From positions 769,615 through 833,614 of the forward strand of contig CAVSNU010000005.1 of the NCBI GenBank assembly GCA_963729445.1: DNA of 64,000 bases, given 5' to 3'. Every line of letters starts with the position of its first letter. Within the stretch, counting starts at the first letter, position 1. Below the pieces are notes generated by a model. That model was given only the letters and a program-made list of their open reading frames with translations. It was not told the origin of the DNA and made no database searches. Shown here one piece after another: positions 19,531-30,006 of the stretch. The position numbers were made by a program, and so were the translations under genes. Origin of the DNA: an uncultured Chloroflexia bacterium (GTDB lineage Bacteria > Chloroflexota > Chloroflexia > Thermomicrobiales > CFX8).

Positions 19531-20472
19531 CTAGCTCAGGCGTATCCGGGGATCGAGAAACGTGTAAATGATGTCGGTTGCAAGGTTGACGCCGATCACC
19601 AGCAGGGCGAACACGAGGGTGGCCGATTGGACGATCGTGTAGTCACGTGCTCGAACGCCGTCGATGAGCAGTTTGCCGGCCCCAGGGAGCGCGAACACCG
19701 ACTCGACGATGACGGTTCCGCCCATCAGAAAACTCGTGTGTATCCCCAGCAAGGTGACATAAGGAATCAGCGCGTTGCGCAAGACGTGCACCGTCATGAC
19801 GTTGCGCTCGCTCAGCCCTTTGGCACGCGCGGTCTTGACGTAGTCCGTCTCCAGTGCCTCGAGAATGCTGGATCGCAAGCTGCGGATCAGAATCGGAGCC
19901 AGCCCGAGCGAGAGGGTCAAGGCGGGCAGGAAGAGATGCAGGAGGTGGTCGACAAAACTGTCGCCAAACCCCGAAACCGGGAAGAGGCCCAGGGAAATGC
20001 TGAACACGATGATAAAGATGATCCCGATCCAGAACGACGGCATTACCATCGTCACCGTCAGTACCGAGCGCACGAAGTTGTCAGCGATGCTGTTTTTCTT
20101 GAGCGCGGCCATGATTCCGAGAGGCAGGGAGATGATGGTGGTGAGGATCACCGTGTAGATCGCGAGCGAGAATGACACCAGCATCCGGCGCCCGATCAAG
20201 GAAGAGACCGGTACGTCGTAGCGCAGCGATTCCCCGAGATCGAGCTGCGCAAGATCGCGCATGTAGTAGGCGTACTGTATCCAGATCGGCTTATCGAGCC
20301 CCATGCTGCGGCGGATGCGCACGATCGCCTCGTCCGTCGCGCGTTCTCCGAGCATAGCGGTCGCCGGGTCGCCGGGGATGAGCCGGATCATGACGAAAAG
20401 GACGATCGTGATCCCCAGAACCACCGGGATCATCTGGAAGCAGCGTCGCAGAATGTATTGCCCTCGGGTCAT
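19531..20472 (-). CDS. Peptide/nickel ABC importer permease (DppB/OppB-like)
   Basis: 313 aa: MTRGQYILRRCFQMIPVVLGITIVLFV..PGDP..; ..DYVKTARAKGLSERNV.. Confidence 0.9.
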   Translation of the reverse strand: MTRGQYILRRCFQMIPVVLGITIVLFVMIRLIPGDPATAMLGERATDEAIVRIRRSMGLDKPIWIQYAYYMRDLAQLDLGESLRYDVPVSSLIGRRMLVSFSLAIYTVILTTIISLPLGIMAALKKNSIADNFVRSVLTVTMVMPSFWIGIIFIIVFSISLGLFPVSGFGDSFVDHLLHLFLPALTLSLGLAPILIRSLRSSILEALETDYVKTARAKGLSERNVMTVHVLRNALIPYVTLLGIHTSFLMGGTVIVESVFALPGAGKLLIDGVRARDYTIVQSATLVFALLVIGVNLATDIIYTFLDPRIRLS

Positions 20473-20537
20473 GCGAATTCTCCCGATCGAAGGGCATGAG
20501 GGCGCTCGTCCAGAGCGCCCTCATGCCGGCCGTGGAC

Positions 20538-22322
20538 CTAGTCTTCGACGAACGTCCGTGCGAAGTTGTACTGGCCCATTGGATGATGGAAATAACCCTC
20601 GACGCGCTTGTTCATCACGTCGATGTACGGCACGACGAAGAGATACACAAATGGCGCGTCCTCCATGTGGATGCGCTGAATCTGAGAGTAGATGTCGCGG
20701 CGCGCCTCCGGATCGAGCGTGACGCGTCCCTCCATTGCCAGATCAACCGCTTCCTGGTTCACCCAACCGGTGCGGTAATTCTCGATCGTCTCCGGGATGA
20801 TGGCGTAGGTCACGAGCTGGTCCGGGTCGATGATGTCGTTCGTCCACTGCGTGTGGACGGCCTCGAAGTCGAACCCGCGGTATTTGTCGTTCCACACTGC
20901 GACGTCGAGTTGTTGAATATCGAGGTTGACGCCAATCGCAGCCCACATATCCTTCAGCGCCGTGGCGAGCTGTAGCTGCTGCTGATTGCCCGCCCGCACC
21001 AGGAACTCAAGCGGGAACCCGTCCGGACTTTCCGACTCCGCCATCAACGCCTGGGCTTGCTCAAGATTGAATGGGTAGCCTTCCTGGTCCGGGTTCCAGT
21101 AGAGCGCGCCATTGGGCATAAAGCTGTTGGAGACTTCGGCATTGCCGAACAGGATCGTGTCGATGAGCGCCTGCTTGTCCGTCGCGTAATTCAGCGCCTG
21201 CCGGACCTTCACGTCGTTGAGAGGCGGGTTGCGGCAATTCAATGCAACAAATTGATTGTTGGTGGACGTCCACAGAATGACGTTCAGGTTCTCGTCTTGC
21301 TGGAGATCGGGAACGCGGTTGAAGGGCACGTCTCCCTGACCGATGATGCCGTCGATCTCACCGCCCTGGACCTGCAGGATCTGGCTGTTGCCATCCGGCA
21401 CGACCGTCCAGATGATCTCGTCGAGCAGTGGCAGGCCTTCCTCCCAGTAGTTCGGGTTCTTCACCATGGTCATCTGCTCGCCCTTGCGCCACTCGCTCAA
21501 CTGGAAGGGGCCGGTTCCCATGGTCTGGTCGACCAGACCATCGACGCCGACTTCTTCGGCAAATGCTTGCGAGATGATGCTGGCATTGAACATGGCGATC
21601 TGGGGCAGGAACGGCGCCAAGGGTTCAGTCAGCGTCATGACGACGGTTGACTCGTCCGGCGTCGCGACCTCCTGTACCTCGGCGACGCTGAACGTCCACG
21701 GACTGGCCTCGGTGTCTCTAGCCCGCTCGATTGACCATTTGATGTCGTCCACGGTCATCTCTGAGCCATCGAAGAACTTCACCCCCGGGCGAATATGGAA
21801 GACATACGTCGCGCCGTCGTCCTGTGCCTCCCATGACTCGGCCAGCCGTGGGATGAGATCGAGGCCGTCCTCGTCAACACCAATAAGCTGGTCATAGATG
21901 CTCATGAACGCCCAGATGTTGATGTTGCCGTCCTGGATCACGGGGTCCAGATTCTCAGAGTCGACTTGTCGCGCGACGATGATTGACCCGCCCGAGGCTC
22001 CACTCGCAGTCGTGGGCTCATCTGGGGACGTCTCTTCAGTAGCTGTCCCCTCATCCGCAGGCGTCTCGTCATCCGCAGGTTCAGCGGCTGCAGTTGCCGT
22101 GACGTTTTGCTGAACGGTGACGCCGCCCGATCCCACGGTCGGGGAGGACGCTGCGGCGGGCGCGCCTTCTTCGGGTTCGTCGTCATCGCCGCCGCAGGCA
22201 GCCAGGATCGCCGAAACGGCAGGCACGCTGAGGGCAAGCATTGATGCGCGTTTGAGAAAGGTGCGTCGATCCAACACACTCGCTTCGACGACCCTGATCG
22301 GCTGGTCGGTAGAGCCATCCAT
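20538..22322 (-). CDS. Family-5 ABC substrate-binding lipoprotein (peptide/nickel type)
   Basis: Start at MDGSTDQ (ATG 22322, GGAGGG upstream). Twin-Arg-like signal plus lipobox ..DRRTFLKRASMLALS..ILAACGG, then an acidic linker and an SBP_bac_5-like body. The ORF extends to 22412. Confidence 0.85.
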   Translation of the reverse strand: MDGSTDQPIRVVEASVLDRRTFLKRASMLALSVPAVSAILAACGGDDDEPEEGAPAAASSPTVGSGGVTVQQNVTATAAAEPADDETPADEGTATEETSPDEPTTASGASGGSIIVARQVDSENLDPVIQDGNINIWAFMSIYDQLIGVDEDGLDLIPRLAESWEAQDDGATYVFHIRPGVKFFDGSEMTVDDIKWSIERARDTEASPWTFSVAEVQEVATPDESTVVMTLTEPLAPFLPQIAMFNASIISQAFAEEVGVDGLVDQTMGTGPFQLSEWRKGEQMTMVKNPNYWEEGLPLLDEIIWTVVPDGNSQILQVQGGEIDGIIGQGDVPFNRVPDLQQDENLNVILWTSTNNQFVALNCRNPPLNDVKVRQALNYATDKQALIDTILFGNAEVSNSFMPNGALYWNPDQEGYPFNLEQAQALMAESESPDGFPLEFLVRAGNQQQLQLATALKDMWAAIGVNLDIQQLDVAVWNDKYRGFDFEAVHTQWTNDIIDPDQLVTYAIIPETIENYRTGWVNQEAVDLAMEGRVTLDPEARRDIYSQIQRIHMEDAPFVYLFVVPYIDVMNKRVEGYFHHPMGQYNFARTFVED

Positions 22323-22365
22323 CGGTCGTACCCTCCATCTCCTGTTCACGGCGTGTGCCTGACTG

Positions 22366-22974
22366 TTACATCGAGTCGCCGGGGTGCAGGGGACAATCTT
22401 CGGGAGCGGCAATGCGCGTTCTGGCCTGGTCGGAAGCGCCGGCTGTGGCTGGCCGGGCGTTCGGAAATGCAGCCTGGGTTGGGGGGTGGACGAAAGCGTC
22501 CGAATGGAACGTGAGTTTCTTCGTGCTCAGGATGACCGTCTCGACGCCGGTAATGCCTTTGATCGGGGCTAGCTTGTCTCGAATGAACTCGTGCAGGTGG
22601 TTGGGCGAGGCGAAGTACGCCTCGGCGATGATATCGGCCGGACCGGTCGTCACTGCTACCCAGCGCACCTCAGTCAGCGCGGCAAGCTTGTCGATCACCG
22701 TCTGGTATTCGACGAGCTCGACCCGCAGGTTGAGGTGAACATGGATGCCAAATCCGAGCTTGGCGCTGTCCGCGTATGCGGCGATCCTGATTACCCGGTT
22801 ACGGAGCAGCGTGTCGAGCCGTCGCTGCACCGTGGATTTCGGCACGCCGAGTTCGCGGGCAATGTCAGCGACCGGCCTGCGGCCGTCGATCTGGAGCGCG
22901 CCGATGATCTGGAGATCGAGCTCATCGACCTGACCTGCATGAACAGCCGGAGCCATCGCCGGCTCCTCTCGCAT
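22366..22974 (-). CDS. Lrp/AsnC-family transcriptional regulator with a ~50-aa C-terminal tail
   Basis: ..LDLQIIGALQIDGRRPVADIARELGVPKSTVQRRLDTL.. HTH followed by an AsnC-type ligand domain. Confidence 0.85.
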   Translation of the reverse strand: MREEPAMAPAVHAGQVDELDLQIIGALQIDGRRPVADIARELGVPKSTVQRRLDTLLRNRVIRIAAYADSAKLGFGIHVHLNLRVELVEYQTVIDKLAALTEVRWVAVTTGPADIIAEAYFASPNHLHEFIRDKLAPIKGITGVETVILSTKKLTFHSDAFVHPPTQAAFPNARPATAGASDQARTRIAAPEDCPLHPGDSM

Positions 22975-23092
22975 GACCCAAAAGATTCCTCGTGCCGGCT
23001 GAACTGGTGTACTGTGTTAATACGGGCAAGATTCTATGGCGGATTGCCAACCAGTCACCTGATTTCCGGGTCAACGAACGATTGCGGCCGGT

Positions 23093-24363
23093 TTAGCGCC
23101 TGCCGCGGTGCCGCTCGGTCACCCCGCCGGTTGGGACTTCAATCTGGGGACGCGGCTCCCACTCCCAGTGGTGATCGAGGTGTAGGAGCCCACGTTCCTG
23201 CATGCTGGTCGATTCGACCCGCAGCATGGTCTCCTGGTGGTCGAGAAAGCGGGATTGCTCGCCGCTGGTATCGAGGAGCGTGGCGCTCAGGCGGATGGTG
23301 CCGGAGGCGATGGGAAACTCAGGTAAGGTCACCCGTGCGACGCGCGTGTCGGGCAGCTTCTCCGCACGCTGGCTGGCGGCTTGCTCCGCGAGCGGTAGCT
23401 CTGCCGGCAGGTTGATCCGCGTCTCCCACAGCTTGACGCCATCGATCTGATCGATCGCGATCTGGAGCGAGAGGATGCTCGTGTCGAGGCCGCCTGGTGC
23501 GCGAATCAAGGCTTCGACCGTCAGATCCTCGCCGGACCGGATCGCGTCGGCCGGCATGCGCAGCTCGTCCAGCGCCCGCACCCGCAGCAGGCTGAAGCGT
23601 GGCTCGTGGGTCATCAGCAGCCGGGCGTAGTGATCGACGACGTCGTTCGCCGGCCCGATATCAATCAGGTGGCCATCAACGAGCAGCGCGGCCCGATCGC
23701 AGAAGGAGCGCACCGTCTCGGCATCGTGCGAGACAAACAGAATGGTCGTGCCCCTGGCCTTGAGATCTGCCAGGGCAGTCAGGCACTTCTCCTGGAACGA
23801 TGAGTCACCGACCGCCAGCACCTCGTCGATGACCAGGATCTCCGGCGCCATCGAGATCGCGATACCGAACCCCAGCCGGGCAAACATACCCGAGGAGTAG
23901 TGCTTGACCGGTGTGTCGACGAAGCGCTCCAGCTCGGAGAAGCGCACGATCTGCTCGTATTTCGCCTGCATCTCCTTGCGGCTGAACCCGTAGAGGCTGC
24001 CATTCAGGAAGATGTTGTCGCGCCCGGAGAGCTCCGGGTGGAAGCCGGCGCCTAGCTCAAGCATGGCGTAGCTGCGGCCGTTGACTGAGACTTTCCCGCT
24101 GCTGGGTTCCAGGATGCGGGTGACGAGCTTGAGCAGAGTGCTCTTGCCGGCCCCGTTGCGGCCGACCAGCCCGATCGTCTCGCCGCGACGAACCCCGAAG
24201 GTCACATCGCGCAGCGCCCAGAACTCCTCCGCATGGCCGCGAGGACGGATCAGACCGATAAACCAATCCTGGAACGACGCGCGCTGCTCGTGGTGCAGGA
24301 CGAAGCGGCGCGACACGTCGCGAAACTCGATGGCGTAGTCGTTCTGGTGGTCACCGTTGAGCA
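23093..24363 (-). CDS. Polysaccharide/teichoic-acid-type ABC exporter ATPase (Wzt/TagH-like) with a C-terminal extra domain
   Basis: GRNGAGKSTLLK, YSSGMFARLGFG, LVIDEVLAVGD. Start chosen at GTG 24363, abutting the permease stop. The ORF extends to 24544. Confidence 0.8.
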
Positions 24364-25149
24364 CTACAGATGCTCTCCAATATGCTTGCTGACGCGTGAG
24401 AACAGGACATAGCCGATGACGAGCAACACGAGCGCAGTGACGAGCGTGCGCGCCATGAAGAGCGGATCGGGCACCCCGCCGTAGTAGAGAACGGTGTGCA
24501 GCTCGGCGATGATCGATGCCATGGGGTTCAGCCAGTACATCCACTGGACGAGATCGGGGACGACGTCTTCCACCCGGTAAAAGATCGGTGTCATGAAGAA
24601 CCAGGCTGTCAGTCCAACTTCAACCAGCACAATCGTGTCCCGGAAATAGACATGCAGCGCTGACAGGATGAGCACCAGCGCGATCAGGAAGATCGTCTGC
24701 ACCAGGATGATGACCGGCAGGTAGAGCAGCCATGGAGAGAAGGAGATACCGTAGACGGCCATGAACGCGAAGAGCACCGGGAGCGCGAGGAGGTAATGGA
24801 TCATGTGTGAGAGCACGACCGAGACCGGCAAGAGCATCCGCGGGAAGTAGACCTTGTTGATGATTGGGGCGTTGTCGGTGATCGCTTTGGTGCCCGCGGC
24901 GACGCTCGTGGCAGTCCAGTTCCAGGCGAGCAGCCCCGTCAGCACGAAGACCGGGAAGTTCTCAATCGTGCCGACGACACCGATGAGCTGCGTGAAGACG
25001 AACGTGAAGACCAGCATCATCAGCAGCGGGTTGAGCAACGACCACATGAAACCGAGGACCGAGTTCTTGTAGCGAACCTTCAGGTCCTTCGAGACGAGGT
25101 TGATGACCAGGCTCCGGTAGCGGATGAGCTCTGCGGCCTGCGCGACCAT
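24364..25149 (-). CDS. ABC-2 type exporter permease (Wzm/TagG-like)
   Basis: 261 aa, six hydrophobic segments: ..LVSKDLKVRYKNSVLGFMWSLLNPLLMM.. Confidence 0.85.
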   Translation of the reverse strand: MVAQAAELIRYRSLVINLVSKDLKVRYKNSVLGFMWSLLNPLLMMLVFTFVFTQLIGVVGTIENFPVFVLTGLLAWNWTATSVAAGTKAITDNAPIINKVYFPRMLLPVSVVLSHMIHYLLALPVLFAFMAVYGISFSPWLLYLPVIILVQTIFLIALVLILSALHVYFRDTIVLVEVGLTAWFFMTPIFYRVEDVVPDLVQWMYWLNPMASIIAELHTVLYYGGVPDPLFMARTLVTALVLLVIGYVLFSRVSKHIGEHL

Positions 25150-25324
25150 GTATCACTTCTCCCAGCGCCAGCGCGATTGCTCGTTTGCAACAGCGACACG
25201 TGAGTATGACCCACTCGTGATGGTAACGCCAAACGATGGCGCGTGGCGATGGCAGGTCGTATCATTCTCAAACGTCTTCCCCCCAACCTCTCGTCGTGCG
25301 TGCCGGTCAATCGCATGTCAATGA

Positions 25325-26643
25325 ATGGGTTCACAGACATACATGCCATGTTTCGCCCGCGGGATCTATCCTGCCTTCAGTTTGCTATGCGCTCTTCTAC
25401 TGCTCGCTGCCTGTGGGAGCGCGAGCGATGCGCGTCCAGCTCGTACCGCGACGGCGCAACCGGCCGAGACTCCATCTGCGGTGAGCGGTCTTCAGTCAAC
25501 TCCATCCGTCTCAGTCCAGGTCACACGTTCGGCCGCTTCTCCAACCGCCCGGACGATCCCGACGCTGACACCAACCGCTACTGTCCCCGCGGAGGAATCG
25601 GAGACCGCAGAAGCGGAATCGCTGGCCCGCCACATCGACCTGGGTGATGTCGAGGCGGAGCTCGAGGAGCTCGTGCGTGAGGTTGACGGCACGGTCGCGG
25701 TCACGCTGGCGTCACCCGACGGGACCGTGCTCTGGGAGCACAACCCGCACGAAGCGATGGAGGCCGCGAGCCTCTACAAGCTCGCAATCATGGTTGAGAT
25801 CTACCGTGAGCAAGCTGAAGGCATGCTGGCATTCGATGATGTGGTGGAGCTCAGAGAAGCTCATTTCAGCGAGGGGCCGGACAGTTATAGCGTTGACGAC
25901 ATTGGCTCGTACGCTGATGTCGAGGGTCTGGTGACGGCCATGATTACCCAGTCGAGCAATGTCGCGGCGTACGCCCTCCTCGGGCTGACCGGTTCAGAGG
26001 CCGTCAACGCTACGATGAACGATCTTGGGCTTGAAGGTATCGAGATCCGCTGGTCGCCGCGCGATGATGTTGCTCCGGCACCGCCCCCGGATGAATCGGA
26101 CGCTGTGCCTGAAGCTCCCGAGGAGCTTGACCCAGGCGTCGAGCCGGAAGAACCGGAGGAGCCGCTGGACGAACCCGCTACCCAAGAGCCCGAAGCGCCG
26201 TTGGACGAACAGGATACGCAAGAGGCGGGTGGGCTGTCCGGCGCGCTCCAGCCCGTGGCAAGGTGGCTCGTCGGTCGGTTCGAGCGTGACAGCGACCTTG
26301 CGTGGGGACGCAGCGTTTAACGTGACGCGAGCATCGGATCTGGCACAGCTGTTGGTGCTGATGCTCAATGGCAGCGGTGGTCAGCGAGAGCGCCAGTCAG
26401 GAGATGCTCGATCTCCTTGGCCGGCAGGAGATCTACGGCGGACTTCCGGCGCTGCTGCCTGAGGGTACGGTGGCGCACAAAACAGGCTATCTTGAGGACG
26501 GCGTTATCAACGATGCCGGGGTGATCTACACGCCGCACGGGCCGCTGGTGGCTGTGGTTCTGACTGAAGGGGTCGGTGAGGTAGCCGCCTATGACATCGC
26601 TTCCCAGATTGGCCTGTTGTTGTATCAGCTGGGGTCAGATTAG
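25325..26643 (+). pseudogene. Class-A beta-lactamase-like serine hydrolase lipoprotein with a Pro/Glu-rich insert; reading frame changes twice (+1 each)
   Basis: Lipobox LLLAACGS. SxxK = ASLYKL, SxN = QSSNVA, KTG = HKTGYL. The motifs lie in three successive frames (ORFs 25325.., 26025.., 26368..). The junctions are at ~26250-26310 and at 'ggcAgcg' ~26373, joining ..LVLMLNG to AVVSESASQEMLDLL. Confidence 0.65.
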
Positions 26644-27036
26644 GCCGCTACCGGATCGGGCGTGGCAGCTGGTCAGCCCGAGTGCGTGAGCGATGGTCGA
26701 ACGGAGATCGTCGGCGTTGATCTCGCGCTTCAGCGCGCCAAACACCGTCCCCCCGAAAGACTGCAGCCGCGTGGTTAAGCCGGCGCCCCGCGAGAGGCAG
26801 AGCACCGCAGTTTGCGCGTCTTTCTGACGGATAGAGATCTCATCGAGTATCGCGAACGGATCGCCTGGGGCCAGGTGAACATCCAGCAGGATAAGATCCG
26901 GGGCCAGGTCAGCGCACATCCTCAGGACGTCATCGGTGATTGAGACAATGTTGAGGTTGATGTCGGTCCCAAGCGCCTCACGCAGACGCTCAGAAAACAC
27001 TGGGTCGTCATCGATCAACAGGACACGCTTTTGCAT
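26635..27036 (-). CDS. Stand-alone response-regulator receiver domain (CheY-like)
   Basis: MQKRVLLIDDDPVF..DLILLDVHL..VLCLS..ALKREI. Start at ATG 27036; the ORF extends to 27099. Its 3' end overlaps the convergent gene by 9 nt. Confidence 0.8.
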   Translation of the reverse strand: MQKRVLLIDDDPVFSERLREALGTDINLNIVSITDDVLRMCADLAPDLILLDVHLAPGDPFAILDEISIRQKDAQTAVLCLSRGAGLTTRLQSFGGTVFGALKREINADDLRSTIAHALGLTSCHARSGSGLI

Positions 27037-27336
27037 CGGGCTAACGTACTCCTCGGTTCCAAGAGGCGCTCGTTGAGCTACCCGCTGGCTGCTTTGCACT
27101 GGTTACGTTCAGTGGTGGGGAGGTCGCACCGGAGTGAACGTACATCCTCAGTATATTCCGCATTGTCACAGGCGCAAGACCCTAGAAGTCCAGTCCTACG
27201 AGGGACGATTTGCCCGGTACTGTGTGACAAAATACGCTAGTGCAAGCGGAAACGACAGGACCAGCGCGAGAAATCGCAAGGGAACACTCGGGTGCGATAA
27301 GTAGTAAGCGCCACCGAAGCTACTCTCGGCAGGCCG

Positions 27337-28597
27337 TTAGTCAAGGGTGCGCATCCCATGCCGGAACACGACGGTGAAGATGCCCATCGCCAGCATCGCT
27401 GCGCCGTGGATGGCCAGAGCGGGCGCCAGGCCGGCGATCTCCGCGATGAGCCCAATCTCGAGGAACCCGATCGTCGTTAAGCCATTGATCATGGACTGCG
27501 CGGCGATAACGCGTCCGCGGACGCGGTCGATAGTGAAAATCTGGACGAGCGTGTCGTTCTGGACGATGTAGAGCGTTTGGAAGCAACCGACCAGAAAGAG
27601 ACTGGGCAGGATCATGGCGTACGAGTCTCCGGCCGCGACCCACAGGATCGCCAGGCCCCAGCCGAGCATCGACACCCAGATGACGCGTCCGCGCTTCCCG
27701 CGTCCGCTCAGCGCTCCCGCCGCTAGTGTTCCGATGAGTGCGCCGATACCGCTGACGCCGTGTAAGAGGCCGAGTGTACTCGCTCCTCCGCCGAGGGTGG
27801 TGATTGCGATGGCCGGCAGCAGCGCGACATACGACATGCCGAACATATAGGGCACGATGTCGTTGACCAGCGCGGCACGCAACCGGAGATTGTCTCTGAT
27901 GTATTCGCGCACGTCGCGCAGATCGCCCGTGAAAGTCCGCATTGCCCGCTCCGGGCTGAACGGCGCTCGGGCAGCGCTCACAGCGGCGGCCGCTTGAAGT
28001 GGTACGAGCAAGATAAGGAGGGCGGCCGGGACATACAAGCCGACCCCGAGCAGCAGTGCCACGCTCACTCCGGCAACGTCCAGCGCGAACCCGCCGATAG
28101 CCGGCGCTGAGATTCTGGCGGCAGTACCGAGAATCGAGTTGGCGGCGATTGCGCTCTGCAAGGCGTTCCGTTCGACCAGGTTCGGGAGCAACGCCGAACG
28201 GGCCGGGAACGAGAATGCGCCGGCGCTGCCGATGATGATGACCGCTACGGCGATGGCCGGGACGCTCAGCATGCCGGCCAGCGCCAGAGCTCCGAGCACG
28301 CAGAGCCCGGCCGCTTTGATGAGAAAGATGCTCGAGAGGATGCGCCGGCGATCGAAGTGGTCGACGAGTACGCCAACGAGTGGAGACATGATGAGCACCG
28401 GCGCCATCTGCATGAAGGAGACTGAGGCCCAGCAGGAAGTTACTGCCGGTCAGCTCGAAGACGATGTAGCCGATGACGGTCATCTGTAGCGAACGTCCGG
28501 CAACTGCCAGGAAGTTGGAGATGAAGAAGCGCCGGAATGGGCCGGAACGCCAGGCGCTCAACACCGCCGCGTTGGAGAGACCTCGCACGCTAATCAC
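27337..28597 (-). pseudogene. MFS transporter (EntS/MFS_3-like) with a +1 frame change at ~28423
   Basis: The N-terminal 60 aa of ORF 27341..28597 (..FRRFFISNFLAVAGRSLQMTVIGYIVFELTGSNFLLGL) continue in ORF 27337..28413 (..MQMAPVLIMSPLVGVLVDHFDRRRIL..). Removing the A in 'ctcAgtc' gives ..LGLVSFMQMAPV.. Confidence 0.75.
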
Positions 28598-28697
28598 CGT
28601 CCGGTATGGCTTTCTCCTCTGGAAGACCTCACTGCACCTATCCCGCCGGAAACGTTAGCATGGTGGTGGATCAAATGGTCGAGAGAGGGAGACACCG

Positions 28698-29096
28698 GTG
28701 CGATTGATCTATGACTCCGAGAAGAACGCGCTGCGGCTTGTCCTTGACGACGAAGACGCCGATGCCGCGGCCGTGACGACTGCGGTTCAGGGCGTGGTAG
28801 ATGTTGCGACGAACGGACGGCTCGTCGGTGTTGAGCTCCGTTCGGCTGCCGGCGAGGATTCCGCCCGCCGGCGTTTACGGCGCTGGCTCGCTGACCCCGT
28901 GGCTGGAGAGTTCACTAGCGTCGAGTCCGATGGAACGGCATACATCGAGTTAACGGTGGGCGACCCGCACGAAGAGGTGCGCTCGTCACCGCTAGACCTG
29001 TTGATTGAAACCGATGCCGCCGGCGAGCTGGTGGCGGTGGTGATCCCCAGGCACGGGCCGGATTATGAGATCTCCTACCCCAGCGGTAACCGCTGA
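28698..29096 (+). CDS. Small protein with two DUF2283-like repeats
   Basis: MRLIYDSEKNALRLVL..NGRLVGVELRSA.. and ..DGTAYIELTV..AGELVAVVI.. match the remembered YD-x-E-x-D-x-L pattern. Confidence 0.5.
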   Translation: MRLIYDSEKNALRLVLDDEDADAAAVTTAVQGVVDVATNGRLVGVELRSAAGEDSARRRLRRWLADPVAGEFTSVESDGTAYIELTVGDPHEEVRSSPLDLLIETDAAGELVAVVIPRHGPDYEISYPSGNR

Positions 29097-29202
29097 TGGC
29101 TCCCCGACCGGCCCGGTGGGCCGCGTAACTGGGTTTGTGAGCTAGGATAGGTCAACTCCGAGACCGCACGAGGTCGTCTCTCCCAGTAGGGATTGCATCT
29201 CC

Positions 29203-30006
29203 CTAGAGACTGCGCTGGCGCTGGATCTCGTAGAGGACGATACCGGCCGCGACGCCGACGTTGAGGGATGTCGCGGTGCCGGCCATCGGGATGAAGATGG
29301 TCTGGTCGCAGCGTTCGATCGTTGCCGCCTCCAGACCCTTCCCCTCACTGCCGACGAACAGCGCGACTGCGCCGGACAGATTTGTCCGCCAGACCGGCTG
29401 CTCCGCCTGAGCCGAGGTGGCCACGGTCTGGATGTTGTGTCGCCGGGTCCATGCGAAGATCTCATCGCGCGTCGAGACACTCGCGATTGGTACATGGAAG
29501 GCAGTGCCCAGACTGGAACGCAGGGCATTTGGGTGCGATGGATCAACGCCGCCATGCACGATAACTCCGCTGGCCCCCAACGAATCCGCGGTGCGGATGA
29601 GCGTTCCCAGGTTTCCTGCGTCTCCAACCTCATCGGTTACAAGGTAGAAAGCGTCTGCATGAGGCACCAGGTCGTCGAGCGCCGCCGGTCTCCATCGAAC
29701 GATCGCCGCTATACCTACTGGATTGTCGCGCGAGGAGATGCGCTCGAACTCGCCGGCTGCGAGCTCGACGACTGGAACGCCAGCCGAACGCATCTCCGTA
29801 ACCGCCCGCCAGGCAACGGTACTGCGCAGACGCCGTGGCTCAAGCAGCACCGCCTCTAACGGATGACCGCCCTCATGCGCGGCGAGTACCTGCCGGATTC
29901 CCTCGACATAGCACGCACCCTCGCGCTCCCGCTCCGCTGGATCGCGGAGCGCTCGAACCCGGCGTATCCACTGCCGATGAGAAGGAGCGGCGCCTGCCTG
30001 GCTCAT
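29203..30006 (-). CDS. TrmH/SpoU-family RNA 2'-O-methyltransferase
   Basis: ..DEVGDAGNLGTLIRTADSLG..LFVGSEGKGL..IPMAGTATSLNVGVAAGIVLYE... ATGA overlap with the upstream M20 gene. Confidence 0.85.
   Translation of the reverse strand: MSQAGAAPSHRQWIRRVRALRDPAEREREGACYVEGIRQVLAAHEGGHPLEAVLLEPRRLRSTVAWRAVTEMRSAGVPVVELAAGEFERISSRDNPVGIAAIVRWRPAALDDLVPHADAFYLVTDEVGDAGNLGTLIRTADSLGASGVIVHGGVDPSHPNALRSSLGTAFHVPIASVSTRDEIFAWTRRHNIQTVATSAQAEQPVWRTNLSGAVALFVGSEGKGLEAATIERCDQTIFIPMAGTATSLNVGVAAGIVLYEIQRQRSL

Noticed and set aside
27341-28597. 418-aa ORF as a genuine Arg-rich protein
   Set aside because: Only its first ~60 residues look like an MFS N-terminus. The remainder (..RRPLRSPAHPLEHLSHQSGRALRARS..) is out-of-frame translation of the MFS gene, whose sensible sequence continues in ORF 27337..28413.
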